Source of the DNA: an uncultured archaeon
GTDB lineage: Archaea > Thermoplasmatota > Thermoplasmata > Thermoplasmatales > Thermoplasmataceae
Reading direction: 5' to 3'
Length of the DNA stretch: 64,000 bases
NCBI GenBank assembly: GCA_000965745.1
Contig: CP009479.1
Coordinates: 64,001 to 128,000, forward strand
The stretch's first letter is position 1. Every line of letters begins with the position of its first letter. Below the pieces are notes generated by a model that worked only from the letters and a program-made list of their open reading frames with translations, made no database searches and was not told the origin of the DNA. A program made the position numbers and the translations under genes. Positions 1 to 10,984 of this stretch are shown here, piece after piece.

Positions 1-970
1 GTGTCCCTATCAGGGCAATCATGGGGTTCGGCTGCTGAAAGAGTATCTGCACTATGCCCTGGGAGTTGATGTAACCGCTGCTGGATGTCCCTATGATGTA
101 TAGCATCTTGGGAATAGCTCCGGCGGGAGGGTTTGCAAGAGACAGTGCAACGCCCACTTTGGCCGGAAGCCAGTTCAGTGTTCCTGTGACTAGCTGCTGC
201 GATACTCCGGCCGCAATGAAGAGCGAAATACCGGATCCTATCCCGTATTTGGACACCACCTCATCCATCAGGAAGACCAGATATGAACCGAAGAACAGCT
301 GTAGGACAATTATGGATTCGGCGAGAAAATTTCCGTATCCCGGCACCAGGCCGTTGAGGTTGTTGATAAGGAGCTGGTCCGGGACAAGATAGCCGAATGC
401 CTGTGGTATTGCTTCGACGAATATCATGATGATTACCAGGAGTTTCTGGGTCCCCTGGTACATTGCCTTGTCCTTTGAGTTCTGCAGGTCTATGTTGAAA
501 ATCTTTGCACCTGCGAAAAGCTGCATGACGATGCTTGCAGTTACGATCGGCCCTATTCCCAGTGCCATCAGGGATCCCTGGGCACCTGCGAATATGGCCC
601 TGAATGATGCGAACACATCAACGCTCTGCTGTGTGTTAAGCCCGTAAATATAAACGTTTGTGAGAGCGAAGTAGAGTATAACGACGAGGGCGGTCCATAT
701 CATTTTCCACTTGAACTGGACATGGCCGGATGCCTTCTTTATGGCGGGAAGCTTGGAAGTCAGTGTTTCCAAACCGTAAAGCTTGCTTTTCTCGGGCCCG
801 ACATAACTCGCCACCAGATAAATCAGGTAGAATATCGGCGACGTCAGCAGTCCGGTCACCATGAGATGAGATACCCCAAGGTGCCCGAAGTACCAGAAGC
901 CCGTGAGCATTAATGCGAAAACTACCAGAACTGGTAGTATGACCCCTCTATTCCTGTGAATTTCCGCCAT
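1..970 (-). CDS. secY: Preprotein translocase subunit SecY (runs off the window start)
   Basis: Manual translation from ATG at 970: [18 protein letters not shown]...KLPAIKKASGHVQFKWKMIWTALVVILYFAL...ALGIGPIVTASIVMQLF; directly follows rpl15. Confidence 0.95.
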   Translation of the reverse strand, partial: MAEIHRNRGVILPVLVVFALMLTGFWYFGHLGVSHLMVTGLLTSPIFYLIYLVASYVGPEKSKLYGLETLTSKLPAIKKASGHVQFKWKMIWTALVVILYFALTNVYIYGLNTQQSVDVFASFRAIFAGAQGSLMALGIGPIVTASIVMQLFAGAKIFNIDLQNSKDKAMYQGTQKLLVIIMIFVEAIPQAFGYLVPDQLLINNLNGLVPGYGNFLAESIIVLQLFFGSYLVFLMDEVVSKYGIGSGISLFIAAGVSQQLVTGTLNWLPAKVGVALSLANPPAGAIPKMLYIIGTSSSGYINSQGIVQILFQQPNPMIALIGT

Positions 971-1388
971 TGGTTTCGACCGTGATACCGTTAGAGGAAA
1001 GCTTCTTAATGGTTTTTTCTGTGGCTTTGCCGACAACTATCCTGCTTTTTACCCTGAATTCACCTGTAGCCAGCAGTTTTGTGTAACCCGCGCTGGTAAG
1101 GTCTATTACCTTCTCCCCTTCCTTTCCTGAGACGAAGCCTTTCTGCTCGAATGCCGGATAGCACTCAGCCAGCTCTTTCAACGTGATTGGAACCTCAGGG
1201 ACAGACGGGTGATGGCTTGTAAACCCGTGGACGCCGAAGTGGTCCGGGTCGTACTTGAGCGTCCATATCCACTTGTGCTTGAGGAGGCCCGCGTTTCCTT
1301 TTCCTCCTCTCTTGCCCTTGCCTCTTCCGGATTTCATTCCACGGCCGTAATGGCCACCTCTAAGTTTCTTGGTCCTAGTTCGAACCAT
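948..1388 (-). CDS. rpl15: 50S ribosomal protein L15 (uL15)
   Basis: [11 protein letters not shown]...RGGKGNAG...FG..GF motif; operon position. Confidence 0.97.
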   Translation of the reverse strand: MVRTRTKKLRGGHYGRGMKSGRGKGKRGGKGNAGLLKHKWIWTLKYDPDHFGVHGFTSHHPSVPEVPITLKELAECYPAFEQKGFVSGKEGEKVIDLTSAGYTKLLATGEFRVKSRIVVGKATEKTIKKLSSNGITVETNGGNSQE

Positions 1389-1866
1389 TCAGATCAACTC
1401 CCGGTAATACCATTCTCTTTATCAGCTCGTTTATTTTCTCTCCCCTGTAGCCTGAGGAACCTCCATTCTGGAATGATTTCCTGACTGCCTCATAGCCTCT
1501 CTTGGGAGGGTTGAGCCTGAACAGGGGCACGATTCCCTCGATATCCCTGTATTTGATTTTCCCTTTGATTAGTGATTTCGCGAGTTCGGAGAAGTCCTTT
1601 GAACCTGTTATCTCCTTAAGCTGCTCCTCTTCAAGCTTCTTTCTGCCTGCAAGCATTGCTCTGTGTTCCAGGACAGCTTCGAGAGTTGCCTCGTCGATTT
1701 CTCCCCAGGTAAGGTAGTCCCTTGCCCTGTTGAGCATTCCCCTGGTGACGTCGTTGTCTTCCAGAATAACCATGTGATTTATCCTGTTCAGCCTGAGAAG
1801 CTCGGCCGTCTTCTTTGCAGCCGGCTTTAATCCTGTCCTTCCCCTAATCCTTATTACTGCTAACAT
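1375..1866 (-). CDS. rpl30: 50S ribosomal protein L30 (uL30)
   Basis: MLAVIRIRG...LLRLNRINH...FRLNPPKRG; start trimmed to the second Met. Confidence 0.96.
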   Translation of the reverse strand: MLAVIRIRGRTGLKPAAKKTAELLRLNRINHMVILEDNDVTRGMLNRARDYLTWGEIDEATLEAVLEHRAMLAGRKKLEEEQLKEITGSKDFSELAKSLIKGKIKYRDIEGIVPLFRLNPPKRGYEAVRKSFQNGGSSGYRGEKINELIKRMVLPGVDLNGSN

Positions 1867-2509
1867 TGGCAACACTTCCCACATATATAGGTGTACTAAG
1901 CTGTATGGCCGGATTTATCTTCACTTTGGCGGTCTGGACCATGGCACTGTAGGCCGCAAGGGCGTAGTTCACTGTTGTTTTAGTGTGTCCGCTTGCAAAT
2001 CCCCACGCATCATCAATTCCAGCCATGGAAAGGATTGTCTTTGCCACGTCCCCTACTGCCCTTCCTACTCCTCTTGGGGCAGGCTTCATAGTGACAACCA
2101 CTGATCCTGATTTTCCCACTACCTGGAACGGGAGCGAGTGTGCTCTGCCGCATCCGCACTCCCAGGACCCGCAGCCTCTCCTGACTTCAATGACATGCAG
2201 CTTGGCGTTGTTGATTGCTTTCCTGATTGCGGGTGCAGCCTCCTTGGCCTTTCCCATCCCTACTCCCACGAAACCGTCACCGTTTCCGACGGCCGCAGTG
2301 ATTGAGTAGTTCATCCTTCTTCCTGAATCGGTCATCCTCTGGGCCCTCTCGACGTTTATGATCTCGTCGCTGAGTTCCGGCAACAGATAATCGACAATCT
2401 GGTATTCCCTCAGTGGAAGCTTTGTCCTGAGAGCTTCTGACATGGTTTTTATCTCGCCCGTTGCGACTAATTTTCCCAGTTGTGTCCTGGGAGTCCATTC
2501 CTCACTCAT
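1844..2509 (-). CDS. rps5: 30S ribosomal protein S5 (uS5)
   Basis: WTPRTQLG...QRMTDSGRR...[11 protein letters not shown]...PAPRGVG. Confidence 0.98.
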   Translation of the reverse strand: MSEEWTPRTQLGKLVATGEIKTMSEALRTKLPLREYQIVDYLLPELSDEIINVERAQRMTDSGRRMNYSITAAVGNGDGFVGVGMGKAKEAAPAIRKAINNAKLHVIEVRRGCGSWECGCGRAHSLPFQVVGKSGSVVVTMKPAPRGVGRAVGDVAKTILSMAGIDDAWGFASGHTKTTVNYALAAYSAMVQTAKVKINPAIQLSTPIYVGSVANVSSNKD

Positions 2510-2994
2510 AGTGATTCCTCCAATTTGCTCTTAGCTTCTTCAATGTTAATCACGGATTTCTTGAGATGTTCTCCCTTGATTCTCGACTCATCAGGGAATA
2601 TCTTCTCATCATACGGGATCTCTATCCCTGCATCCACGAACCCCTTGAGGGCAGCAGATATTCTCCCGCCTGTGGTTATGTTGTACCTGCCTGTATCGAG
2701 TATGGCACTCCCGACGTTCTGTTTCTTTGCCTTGAGGCCGGTTGCATAGCCAACCAGGTATGATATGGGCGTGTTGTTCCCCAGTGTTTCGAGCCCAAGC
2801 TTCTTCAGGCTCCTGTCAGTTACTGTCGATATGACCCTGTCGCCTTCCGGGCTGAATGATATAACCTGTGCGCTTATTCCCCTGTGGGTTGGCCTTACAA
2901 CGAACCTTGGTGTCTCGGATGATACCATCTTTAGCCTCTTGTGATAGTTGGTCTGCCCTGATCTCCTTCTCTTTAGGACTCTCGGTGTCTTCAT
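2506..2994 (-). CDS. rpl18: 50S ribosomal protein L18 (uL18)
   Basis: RRRSGQTNYHKRLK...ILDTG...GGRISAALKGFVDAG..IP...RIKGEH. Confidence 0.96.
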   Translation of the reverse strand: MKTPRVLKRRRSGQTNYHKRLKMVSSETPRFVVRPTHRGISAQVISFSPEGDRVISTVTDRSLKKLGLETLGNNTPISYLVGYATGLKAKKQNVGSAILDTGRYNITTGGRISAALKGFVDAGIEIPYDEKIFPDESRIKGEHLKKSVINIEEAKSKLEESL

Positions 2995-3446
2995 TGTTCA
3001 CCACCCATTTCGCCAGTTGACTTAAGATGGCTCTGGAGCTGTGCCCTTGATTTTATTGAGCCGCCCTTGATTACCCTGTACATTTTCCTGTATGTCTTTG
3101 CGTCTATCTTTTCCTCGGACTTGAGTTTCCTGAGCTCGTCCCTGAGTGGCCTGATGGTCTTGATCCACCTCTGTTTCCTTGGGAATCTTGCATATTTCTT
3201 CCCCTTTATGGAACCAGGGCCTCTCCTTCTTTCCTTGGACCTCTGTCTGATCCTTTTCTTCAGCCTGTAATTTGAATTTCCTTTCTTCTGCCTGATCTGG
3301 ATAACATTTCTCCTGATGAGGTACCTGATGTCCTCCCTGGAGGCTGCCTCAGCAACTTCCTCAACGCTGTTAGTGTCTATCCAGACTCTTGAGATTCCGG
3401 ACTTGAACTCATCAGCTGCTATCCTTCGTGCTGTCTCAATCTTCAT
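2991..3446 (-). CDS. rpl19e: 50S ribosomal protein L19e
   Basis: RRIAA...SRVWID...SREDIRYLI...[15 protein letters not shown]; start at MKIETA. Confidence 0.96.
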   Translation of the reverse strand: MKIETARRIAADEFKSGISRVWIDTNSVEEVAEAASREDIRYLIRRNVIQIRQKKGNSNYRLKKRIRQRSKERRRGPGSIKGKKYARFPRKQRWIKTIRPLRDELRKLKSEEKIDAKTYRKMYRVIKGGSIKSRAQLQSHLKSTGEMGGEQ

Positions 3447-3852
3447 TTCTGACACCTCTGTTAAGCACCCTGACACCAAGCTCATCGGCTACTTCAAGCA
3501 TATCTTCCCTTTTTCTATCCCCAACTTTGGAAGATATTCTTGCTGCCTCAAGCTTCGGGTCAAGTGCCTCAAGGTCTTTCTCGTTGAATACCAGTACTTC
3601 CTTGAAACCTGAGGGATGCAGTCCCCTGACCAATTTGGGCGTCCTGTATCCTGCATCCACCATGGGGGGCTTTTTCTTCAAGTGCTCCCTCTGCTTTGAG
3701 TGCTTTCCCCTCGGCTTTCTCCAGGAATCTCCAAGCTTCTTGTACCTGAACCATTCCTGCCTGTGGAATTCCACTCTTTTCTTTGCCTGTTCGTTCTTGA
3801 TCTTGAGGAGCCTTTTCTGTTCCTTTGAAAGATGGGGTTTGCCTATTGACAA
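3436..3852 (-). CDS. rpl32e: 50S ribosomal protein L32e
   Basis: [25 protein letters not shown]...GLHPSG. Confidence 0.97.
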   Translation of the reverse strand: MSIGKPHLSKEQKRLLKIKNEQAKKRVEFHRQEWFRYKKLGDSWRKPRGKHSKQREHLKKKPPMVDAGYRTPKLVRGLHPSGFKEVLVFNEKDLEALDPKLEAARISSKVGDRKREDMLEVADELGVRVLNRGVRNED

Positions 3853-3853
3853 T

Positions 3854-4399
3854 CTACTCGCCTCCCTTTAGCAGGTAGATTCCATCCTGGAATATTCTCG
3901 GATCAAATCTCCTGATCTTTGTTGCTCTCTCTATGTTTGCCGAAGTCTCACCGATCTCTCTCTTGTCTATGCCTTCAATGGTAAGCCTGTCTCCCTTGAC
4001 GTTGACTTTCGTGTTTCCGATTATGTTTGCTATCCTTGCGGACCTCTCACCGAGGAAATTTTCCACCACTACGGCGTTCCCCCTCACGGAAACCCTCATG
4101 GGAAAGTGAGTGTAATCTATCTTCATGTGGTATTCGAAACCGCTCGTAACACCGTTTATCATGCTCTTGAGCTCTGAAGTCCAGGTGCCAAGGATACCGT
4201 TGTTCCTGCGGTTCTTCTTGCTCATGGTTATTTTTATCTTGCTGCCTTCGATCGAAATTCTGAGATAGTTGTCCGGGAGATTCCTCTTTACCTCTCCCTT
4301 CGGGCCCTTAACTGTAATCACAGTACCTGCCTGATTGGCAGTAACTCCCTCAGGAATATCGATCTCTGCTGCTTCTTCCCATTTCACCACTTGTATCAC
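3854..4399 (-). CDS. rpl6: 50S ribosomal protein L6 (uL6)
   Basis: VKGPKG...YTHFPM...NFLGE...[12 protein letters not shown]. Confidence 0.97.
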   Translation of the reverse strand: MIQVVKWEEAAEIDIPEGVTANQAGTVITVKGPKGEVKRNLPDNYLRISIEGSKIKITMSKKNRRNNGILGTWTSELKSMINGVTSGFEYHMKIDYTHFPMRVSVRGNAVVVENFLGERSARIANIIGNTKVNVKGDRLTIEGIDKREIGETSANIERATKIRRFDPRIFQDGIYLLKGGE

Positions 4400-4789
4400 C
4401 TAATAGACGTATGCTATGAGTCTTCCCCCGAGACCCATCTTCCTTGCTTCGATATGGCTCATCACTCCCTTCGTTGTTGAAAGGATGAGTATGCCGAAAT
4501 CCTGGGCAGGAAGATACCTGGCTTCATACTTGTCCAGGTTTGCCCTTTTCACTGGCAGCCTGGGCTTGATAACACCACAGTTGTTTATGGTGTTGCTGAG
4601 CACTATCTTGAATTTTCCGCCTCTGCTGTCGTCCATCACTTCAAAGCTCTTCAGGTAGTTGTATTCCTGCATTACCTTCAGAACCCTGCCGATGAGCCTC
4701 GCAGCCGGCTCGGTTTCAATCTCTTTTCTGCCGATCCTTGATGCGTTCTTTATCACGTTGATTATATCATTTAACGGGTCGTGTTTCAT
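4400..4789 (-). CDS. rps8: 30S ribosomal protein S8 (uS8)
   Basis: INNCGVIKPR...YLPAQDFGILILSTTKGVMSH...GGRLIAYVY. Confidence 0.98.
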   Translation of the reverse strand: MKHDPLNDIINVIKNASRIGRKEIETEPAARLIGRVLKVMQEYNYLKSFEVMDDSRGGKFKIVLSNTINNCGVIKPRLPVKRANLDKYEARYLPAQDFGILILSTTKGVMSHIEARKMGLGGRLIAYVY

Positions 4790-4798
4790 TTGTTCACC

Positions 4799-4960
4799 TC
4801 AGCTGTATTTCCTGAATCCCAGTACGGGTGCAGTATCCCTGAAACACTGCCTGCACAGGCGAAGACCGTATCTCCTGACTAGGCCTCTTTTGCGCCCGCA
4901 TCGCTGGCACCCGTCCTTGCGTCCGAATTTTTTCTTAGGTTCAAGTTTGATTTGACTCAT
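4799..4960 (-). CDS. rps14: 30S ribosomal protein S14, zinc-binding type (not in the ORF track, 53 aa)
   Basis: Manual translation [53 protein letters not shown]; lies between rpl5 and rps8. Confidence 0.97.
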   Translation of the reverse strand: MSQIKLEPKKKFGRKDGCQRCGRKRGLVRRYGLRLCRQCFRDTAPVLGFRKYS

Positions 4961-4964
4961 TGAT

Positions 4965-5480
4965 TCACCTTACCACCACGAGGCCGTACTTGCTGGTCAG
5001 GAATTCCATGGCCTCCTCCCTTTTTACCCTGATTTTTGAGGGCACCTTCTTTGCGCCTATCTTCCTCTTGTGGAGCCTGAAGCCTCCTTTCCTCTTGATT
5101 ACAACTGCAACGTCCATGCCGAATATTCCGATATTTGGATCGTACTTCATTCCCTTGAAATCAGTGTAATCGGCAACTCCGAAGTATGCGTTGCCCTGCT
5201 TGTCGAATGAATAGTGGGGAACCTTGTATTCCCTTGCATACAGAGCCCTCTGGAGGAATTCCTCAGCGTCTTTTCCCCTCAGCGTTACCTTTGTGCCTAT
5301 TGTCAGGCCCTGTCTTATGTTGAAGTCTCTCACTGTCTTCTTTGAGGTAGTGGTGACAGGAGTGTGCTTGGTTAGCATCTCAAGCACCTTCGTTGCCTTT
5401 GTGAGCCTTTCGCCCGCCTGGCCTACTCCTATATTCACAACTACCTTGTCGATAGTGATCTCTTCCATTGGGTTACTCAT
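4965..5480 (-). CDS. rpl5: 50S ribosomal protein L5 (uL5)
   Basis: [19 protein letters not shown]...[11 protein letters not shown]. Confidence 0.98.
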   Translation of the reverse strand: MSNPMEEITIDKVVVNIGVGQAGERLTKATKVLEMLTKHTPVTTTSKKTVRDFNIRQGLTIGTKVTLRGKDAEEFLQRALYAREYKVPHYSFDKQGNAYFGVADYTDFKGMKYDPNIGIFGMDVAVVIKRKGGFRLHKRKIGAKKVPSKIRVKREEAMEFLTSKYGLVVVR

Positions 5481-6195
5481 AGACTGCTACACCCCCTATC
5501 TTGGGTATCTCATACGAATACTTCGCCCCGCCTACGACAAAAGCGTAATCGGTGATTGTTGAGTATCCTTCCTCGAAGTGTATCAGGTTCTTGTGCGATG
5601 ATTCCTTGATCTCGATCTTCTTGATTGTGGCAACATTGCCGGCGTGCGATCCGCCTGTGAGGAATACCTTGTTTCCCGGCTGGAGCTTCATTACTTCCTG
5701 TATCTTCTTGCCGGGGATTGTCACCAGTGCTACATCGCCGGGTTTTACTTCCTTGTTGTCAGATACCACGATCTGCCCGTCATGGAAGCTGAGCTGGATT
5801 TTCCCGCCCTTTATTGTTGACTTGTCCATCACTTTCATGAGTTTCTTGTCGGAGTTATCCTTGCTCTCCTCTCCGAGAACGAGGCCGCCTTTCCTGTCGT
5901 ACAGGACCCGGAAGCTCTTTCCAACCTGGTCTATGGTAATGAGATCCATGAAGCCTACAGGATATCTCCTGTCTTTCACTATTTTTCCATCCACCTTTAC
6001 AAGGCCGTTTACCAGGATCCTTGTGATCTCCCTTTCCTTGTCTCCTATCTTGAGATAATCCCTGAGTGCCGTGAGGAGTGCCATTGAATCCTTTCTGTTG
6101 TGTTTGCCCGGCCTCGGGCTTGCTCCCCAGAAGAAGGTCTTCCTTGGTATCTTGACGGACCTTGATATCATCAGTCTCTTTGTCTTGTTGATCAT
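5473..6195 (-). CDS. rps4e: 30S ribosomal protein S4e
   Basis: PRPGKH...LRDYL...VKVDGK...YPVGFMD...GGKIQLSFHDG...TGGSHAG. Confidence 0.97.
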   Translation of the reverse strand: MINKTKRLMISRSVKIPRKTFFWGASPRPGKHNRKDSMALLTALRDYLKIGDKEREITRILVNGLVKVDGKIVKDRRYPVGFMDLITIDQVGKSFRVLYDRKGGLVLGEESKDNSDKKLMKVMDKSTIKGGKIQLSFHDGQIVVSDNKEVKPGDVALVTIPGKKIQEVMKLQPGNKVFLTGGSHAGNVATIKKIEIKESSHKNLIHFEEGYSTITDYAFVVGGAKYSYEIPKIGGVAVYE

Positions 6196-6704
6196 TCTTT
6201 TTCCACCTCTTCTTCTGTTTCCTCTTCAGTTTCATCAGATTCTTCTTCAGGCTCTGCTTCCATTACCTCAGGTTCCTCTCCTTCCCCGGCCTGCTCTTCC
6301 ACCGGTTCTTCAGGTGTCTCGGCTTCCGCCTCCCCCTCTTCTGCCTCTTCGGCAGGTTCAGGCTCCGGCTCAGGTTCGGGGACTTCCTCCACTACGATAT
6401 TCTTCCTGGCGGCAAGATCCTTTATCTTCTGGAGCCTCCCTGGAGACGAAAGCTCAAGCCTTGTTATTCTGAGTATATTGGAAGGCAGCAGGTATTCCTC
6501 CTGCTTGCCGTCCGATTTTGATATTGTGATTCCATCAATGGAGACTCTGGAGCTCTTGTGGTTTACCTTCATGACCTTTCCTCCTTCCCCTTTCCTGGAA
6601 CCTGTCTTGATTGTTACCACATCGCCGGATGCGATTGGAAATGACCTTATGCCGTATTTTTTCCTCAAATCCTTGCTCAATGCTACTCTTACCTTGTTTT
6701 CCAT
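6192..6704 (-). CDS. rpl24: 50S ribosomal protein L24 (uL24) with a long acidic C-terminal tail
   Basis: LSKDLRKKYGIRSFPI..GD.V....G..KG..GKV (KOW); Glu/Pro-rich tail. Confidence 0.95.
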   Translation of the reverse strand: MENKVRVALSKDLRKKYGIRSFPIASGDVVTIKTGSRKGEGGKVMKVNHKSSRVSIDGITISKSDGKQEEYLLPSNILRITRLELSSPGRLQKIKDLAARKNIVVEEVPEPEPEPEPAEEAEEGEAEAETPEEPVEEQAGEGEEPEVMEAEPEEESDETEEETEEEVEKE

Positions 6705-6716
6705 ATCCAACCGACC

Positions 6717-7115
6717 TCACACTATTGTGGAGGCTACCGAGGCAATCCTTGGCCATCTCTCTGCAGCCTCTCTTGCTACGGGGCCTTTGATTTCGGAGCC
6801 TCTTACCTCTCCTTCTGGAGTGACAAGAACTGCTGCATTGTCATCAAATTCCACCATTGTGCCGTCCGATCGCCTGTAGGGCCTTCTCTGCCTCACTACG
6901 ACCGCGTATACGACTTTGCTCCTCATTTCGGGAGTTCCCTTCTTCACGCTTGCTATGAACATGTCACCTATACCGGCGGCAGGTATTCTCCTTGCAACGC
7001 CATGGTATGCCTTCACGCCAATGAGGCTGATTATTTTCGCACCGCTGTTGTCTGCACAGGGTACCACAGCTCCAAGCGGGAGCCCTCTTTGCTGCCTTCC
7101 AGCAATGCCTTTCAT
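6717..7115 (-). CDS. rpl14: 50S ribosomal protein L14 (uL14)
   Basis: CADNSGAK...[10 protein letters not shown]...FDDNAAV...[14 protein letters not shown]. Confidence 0.98.
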   Translation of the reverse strand: MKGIAGRQQRGLPLGAVVPCADNSGAKIISLIGVKAYHGVARRIPAAGIGDMFIASVKKGTPEMRSKVVYAVVVRQRRPYRRSDGTMVEFDDNAAVLVTPEGEVRGSEIKGPVAREAAERWPRIASVASTIV

Positions 7116-7447
7116 GGGTTCACCTTTTCAACTACCACGAAGGAAACCGTCTTTGCAAGTTTCCTGCACTCTGCTATCTTGACCGTGTCGCCCGGCTTAA
7201 CCTGGATGCATTCAGGAACGTGCGCATGATACTTTGAGAAGAGCGTCAGCTTTCTCTCGTATTTTGGAAGGTACCTCTGATGGGTACGCTTTATCACTGC
7301 GCTTCCATTCATCGCGGGAGACTCGACTATTCCGCCGATGATCTGCCCCCTTATTGAAAGAGTTCCGTGAAAGGGACACTTCTGATCGTTGCATTCCTGT
7401 TCCGGAAGCTTTACATCTAATCCTATGTTTCTGGCCACCTTAATCAC
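7112..7447 (-). CDS. rps17: 30S ribosomal protein S17 (uS17)
   Basis: [10 protein letters not shown]...PKYER...[14 protein letters not shown]. Confidence 0.97.
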   Translation of the reverse strand: MIKVARNIGLDVKLPEQECNDQKCPFHGTLSIRGQIIGGIVESPAMNGSAVIKRTHQRYLPKYERKLTLFSKYHAHVPECIQVKPGDTVKIAECRKLAKTVSFVVVEKVNP

Positions 7448-7748
7448 CGTTTATTATACCGTTTCTCAACATTTTCCCAATTCTTCTTCGTTCCTTGATG
7501 CGATCTTCTGGTCTGAATACCGCGTAACTTCCATTGATTGTGAATTTTTCCTCTGTTGTGGCGAGTTCGAAGACCCTGCCACTTTTGACGATCCTCTTTA
7601 CCCCGTTTTCCTTTCTGAGTTCTACAGTGTTTTTTGTTTCATTGCACAGGGTTCCGGCTATACCGTTCTCTGCCGGATTCGGTGAACTAATCACCTTCGC
7701 ATTCAATCCTATCCATTCGTGGAAATACACATTATCCTTGGTAATCAA
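7440..7748 (-). CDS. rnp1: Ribonuclease P protein component 1 (Rpp29/POP4)
   Basis: HEWIGL...G....ETKNT...RPEDR; canonical operon position. Confidence 0.92.
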   Translation of the reverse strand: MITKDNVYFHEWIGLNAKVISSPNPAENGIAGTLCNETKNTVELRKENGVKRIVKSGRVFELATTEEKFTINGSYAVFRPEDRIKERRRIGKMLRNGIINGD

Positions 7749-8048
7749 TTAAATCAGCTCTGCCCTGAATCCCATGCTTTCAAGCTGTTTCTTGACAGTA
7801 TCTCTATGGTCTCCCTGGAGTTCTATTGTTCTCCCGTCCTTTACAGTTCCACCCGAAGCAACCTTTTTCTTCAGCAGTTTGGCTATCTCGTCGATGTTCT
7901 CGCTCTTGGGGTCGATCCCCTCGATTATTGTCACATTTTTCCCGTATCTTCTTTTGTCCACGCTTATCCTCACTGCCTGAGTATCTCTTGTAAACCCTTC
8001 CCAAGGTTGCAATTCCTTGGGTATTCCTGTGAAGTTCTTATCCTTCAT
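7749..8048 (-). CDS. Translation initiation factor aIF1 (SUI1 homolog)
   Basis: DKRRYGK.VTIIEG...LKKKVASGGTVK...IELQGDHR. Confidence 0.96.
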   Translation of the reverse strand: MKDKNFTGIPKELQPWEGFTRDTQAVRISVDKRRYGKNVTIIEGIDPKSENIDEIAKLLKKKVASGGTVKDGRTIELQGDHRDTVKKQLESMGFRAELI

Positions 8049-8248
8049 TCCTTTTGATCCTCCGAACCCATAACGGTCTTTATTCTGGCTATTTGTCTCC
8101 TTATTGACTTGATTTTCCCGGGATTCGAAGGCTGGCCTCCAAGAGCCACGGTAGCCCTCTCATGGAGGAGGGATTCTCTAAGCTGATCCAGAGCCTTTTC
8201 CCTCTCTTCACTGCCCATCTGTTTCAGTTGTTTCGCTCTTAGCTCCAT
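8045..8248 (-). CDS. rpl29: 50S ribosomal protein L29 (uL29)
   Basis: LRAKQL...[20 protein letters not shown]. Confidence 0.96.
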   Translation of the reverse strand: MELRAKQLKQMGSEEREKALDQLRESLLHERATVALGGQPSNPGKIKSIRRQIARIKTVMGSEDQKE

Positions 8249-9374
8249 TTTCCTCTACCCTACCTTCATCTTTCTTTACTTCCTCGGCCGCTTCCGGCTT
8301 TGGCTCTTCTGATTCCTTCTTTTCTGCCTTTTTCTCTGATTTCTTCTCAGTTTTTTTGGTAGTTTTCCTGGGAGCTGGTTTTTCCTTTACGGCTTCCTTT
8401 GGCTCTTCAGCTGGCTTCTCTTCCACAGGTTTTGTACCTTCCGCCTTTGCTTCAGGCTCCTTCACTTCAGGTTTTGCCTCTACTTTCTTCTCCTCAGCCT
8501 GGGGCTTTACCTCTTCAGCCTTTACTTCGGCTTCAGGTTCCTTCACTTCAGGTTTTGCCTCTACTTTCTTCGCTTCGGCTTGAGGACTTACCTTTTCCTT
8601 GGCCTTTTCAGCCTCTGGCGTGGGCTTTGCTTTTCTTTCAGCCGGCCTGGCCTGCCTTTCTTCAGGCTTCCTCGGCCTTCTTCCCCTGGCACCGGGCCTC
8701 TCTCTCTGCCCCTCAGGCTTCTTTGCCACTGCCTCTGCCTTTTGGTCCCCTTCCTGTATCAGCTGTGGGGTTGAAACTCCAAGCTTTTCAGATACGACAT
8801 AGTCGTCAGGGAGCTTGTAGTCGCTCTTGAGTATTCCTACTTTGACTCCAATCACGCCAAGCTTGAGCTTGGCAATTGAGAACCCTCTCTCCATTCCTTC
8901 CCTCGCGGGCTCTCCGGAGTACTTCACGGAACCGCTCATGAATTTCTGCATCCTTCCCCTCTCTCCTGAGAGCTTTCCGGATACTGAAATTATGACGCCT
9001 CTTGCACCGTTCTCAACGATTCTCCTCAGAGAAGTGTTTCCTGCCTTCCTGTACGCCCAGCCTTTTTCCAGTGAAAGGGCGATCTTCTTTGATACAACCT
9101 GTGGATTCAGGTCGGGATTGTCGATCTCCTTGACTTCAATCTGCGGTGATTCGATCTGGTACTTCTTTTCGAGATTCTCTGTGATCTGCTGGACCTTGGA
9201 GCCATGCCTTCCAATGACAAGGCCAGGCTTGTTTACGTGAAGTGTTATGTTGGTTCCGAATGGTGTCCTCTTCATCTCCATCCCTCCGAAACCGGCGTTC
9301 TCAGTCTCCTTTCTTATGTATTCAGAGACCAGCAGTTTCTTCACTGCCTCGTTGATAAACTTCCTCTCGTTCAT
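8208..9374 (-). CDS. rps3: 30S ribosomal protein S3 (uS3) with a ~190-aa K/E/P/A-rich C-terminal extension
   Basis: KH domain [10 protein letters not shown]; [10 protein letters not shown]; GVIGVKV; low-complexity tail. Confidence 0.97.
   Translation of the reverse strand: MNERKFINEAVKKLLVSEYIRKETENAGFGGMEMKRTPFGTNITLHVNKPGLVIGRHGSKVQQITENLEKKYQIESPQIEVKEIDNPDLNPQVVSKKIALSLEKGWAYRKAGNTSLRRIVENGARGVIISVSGKLSGERGRMQKFMSGSVKYSGEPAREGMERGFSIAKLKLGVIGVKVGILKSDYKLPDDYVVSEKLGVSTPQLIQEGDQKAEAVAKKPEGQRERPGARGRRPRKPEERQARPAERKAKPTPEAEKAKEKVSPQAEAKKVEAKPEVKEPEAEVKAEEVKPQAEEKKVEAKPEVKEPEAKAEGTKPVEEKPAEEPKEAVKEKPAPRKTTKKTEKKSEKKAEKKESEEPKPEAAEEVKKDEGRVEENGAKSETTETDGQ
8449..8571. repeat. 42-bp near-perfect direct repeat (8449-8490, 8530-8571) in the rps3 tail, encoding [14 protein letters not shown] twice
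   Basis: gcttcagg(c/t)tccttcacttcaggttttgcctctactttcttc occurs twice with 1 mismatch. Confidence 0.9.
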
Positions 9375-9820
9375 TCTTCTACCTCTTCAAGTACTATTTC
9401 AAGATTTATCAGGTCCTTGAAATTTGCTCCCGCTCTTCCATAGGCCTTTGGTGTGTATTTCTTAATCATTCTTCCCTTGGATGCTGCTATGTGCTTTACC
9501 ACGAGGGCATCCATGTTCAGGCTCTTGAATTCTGCATTGGCCTCTGCGTTGTCTATCAGTTCCCTGAATGCCTTTGCCGCTTTGACCGGGTACCTCCCCG
9601 GGCCCATTCCCCTTTTGTGTGAGACGGAATCGAGGTATCGGAAATAGGGGACAGGTGTCTTCTTTTCTATTACTCCGTCTATCAGATCCCTGACGCGCTC
9701 TAGCTTCTTTCCCCTGAGGAAATGGGCTATGTTGACCGCGTCCTTGAGGGATATGTCTGTCTCCTTTACCCTCGCAATGGCACTTTTTTCAGGTATTTCA
9801 GTTATTGAGTATCCTTTCAT
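9371..9820 (-). CDS. rpl22: 50S ribosomal protein L22 (uL22)
   Basis: ISLKDAV...VPY...GRYPVKAA...NAEANAE...PKAYGRA. Confidence 0.97.
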   Translation of the reverse strand: MKGYSITEIPEKSAIARVKETDISLKDAVNIAHFLRGKKLERVRDLIDGVIEKKTPVPYFRYLDSVSHKRGMGPGRYPVKAAKAFRELIDNAEANAEFKSLNMDALVVKHIAASKGRMIKKYTPKAYGRAGANFKDLINLEIVLEEVEE

Positions 9821-9824
9821 ATGA

Positions 9825-10280
9825 TCACTTCAGCGGCATGAACTTGGAGGACCTTGTAGCACCTACTCCCGGCCCGGAGTGCTTGACATCCTTCCTTGTA
9901 GGAGCAAATTCCCCAAGGTAGTGGCCTATCATTTCCGGCCTGATCTCAAACTTGACGTATTGATTGCCGTTGTATACCTCGAGAACTTTCCCAACGTATT
10001 TGGGAAGTATAACGAAACTCCTTACATGCGTCTTGATGTTTGCCTCTGATCCTTCCATCTTCTCTTTCAGCTTGGCCTGCTCGTAATTGAAATCCCTCGT
10101 AAGGGACCTCCTTATTCTTGCAGGTAGTATTTCCAGCAGTTTTTCAAATTCGAGCGCCTGAAGTTCTTCAATGGTAAGCCCCTTGTATCTGAACTCCTTG
10201 GATCTTCCTGCCGCTACCTTCTGTGACTTTCGTGACCTTCTCTTTATGGATTTTACAGATGCCTGCTTTTTGACCGGCAT
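9825..10280 (-). CDS. rps19: 30S ribosomal protein S19 (uS19)
   Basis: VYNG...PEMIGHYLGEFAPTRK.V.HSGPGVGATRSSKFMPLK. Confidence 0.98.
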   Translation of the reverse strand: MPVKKQASVKSIKRRSRKSQKVAAGRSKEFRYKGLTIEELQALEFEKLLEILPARIRRSLTRDFNYEQAKLKEKMEGSEANIKTHVRSFVILPKYVGKVLEVYNGNQYVKFEIRPEMIGHYLGEFAPTRKDVKHSGPGVGATRSSKFMPLK

Positions 10281-10975
10281 TAACTCTTCCTCCTCTTCTT
10301 GGGTGAAAGCCTGCCCACCTTTCTTCCGGGTGGTGTGCCTCTTCCTACCGTGCTCGGGCGGCCCACATGCTGGTGGTTACCTCCTCCATGCGGATGTTTA
10401 ACGGCATTCATTGCCACACCTCTCACGGAGTATGCTTTTTTCGCCCTGCTCTGATAATAGTGAACCTTTCTTCCTGACTTGAGTATCGGTATATCCTTCG
10501 CCCCTGTTCCTGCTATTGTCCCCATGCTTGCCTTGCAGCCTGGATGGAACTGCTTTGTCTTTCCCGACGGAAGCTTTATCGTGACGTTTACGCCATGGCT
10601 TATCACCAGTGCGCCTGTCCCTGCAGTCCTGCAGAACTTGCCTCCATCTCCGGGGATGCTCTCGATGTTGTAAACGGTTGTTCCATCAGGGATTCTTCCA
10701 AGTGGAACAGTGTTTCCCATAGTGACCTGGTCCGATTGGCCGATGTTGATTTTCTGGCCGACGTGTGCGCCGACGAATGCTATCTGGTAGTGTTTCTTTC
10801 CGGTTTCATCCTGCAGCACCAGCACGGGGGAGCTTCTCCCCGGTGACTGCCTGATGTCAACCACTGTGTATGCTCCTTCAGAAGGGTGCCTGATGTCTGC
10901 TACGTGCCTGTGGCTTGGGCTTCTGTATACTATGCCCCCTTTACCCCTTCTCTGAGCCGTTATTAATTTACCCAT
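10280..10975 (-). CDS. rpl2: 50S ribosomal protein L2 (uL2)
   Basis: MGK....QRRGKG...[22 protein letters not shown]...PPGRKVG. Confidence 0.98.
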   Translation of the reverse strand: MGKLITAQRRGKGGIVYRSPSHRHVADIRHPSEGAYTVVDIRQSPGRSSPVLVLQDETGKKHYQIAFVGAHVGQKINIGQSDQVTMGNTVPLGRIPDGTTVYNIESIPGDGGKFCRTAGTGALVISHGVNVTIKLPSGKTKQFHPGCKASMGTIAGTGAKDIPILKSGRKVHYYQSRAKKAYSVRGVAMNAVKHPHGGGNHQHVGRPSTVGRGTPPGRKVGRLSPKKRRKS

Positions 10976-10984
10976 TCATACACC

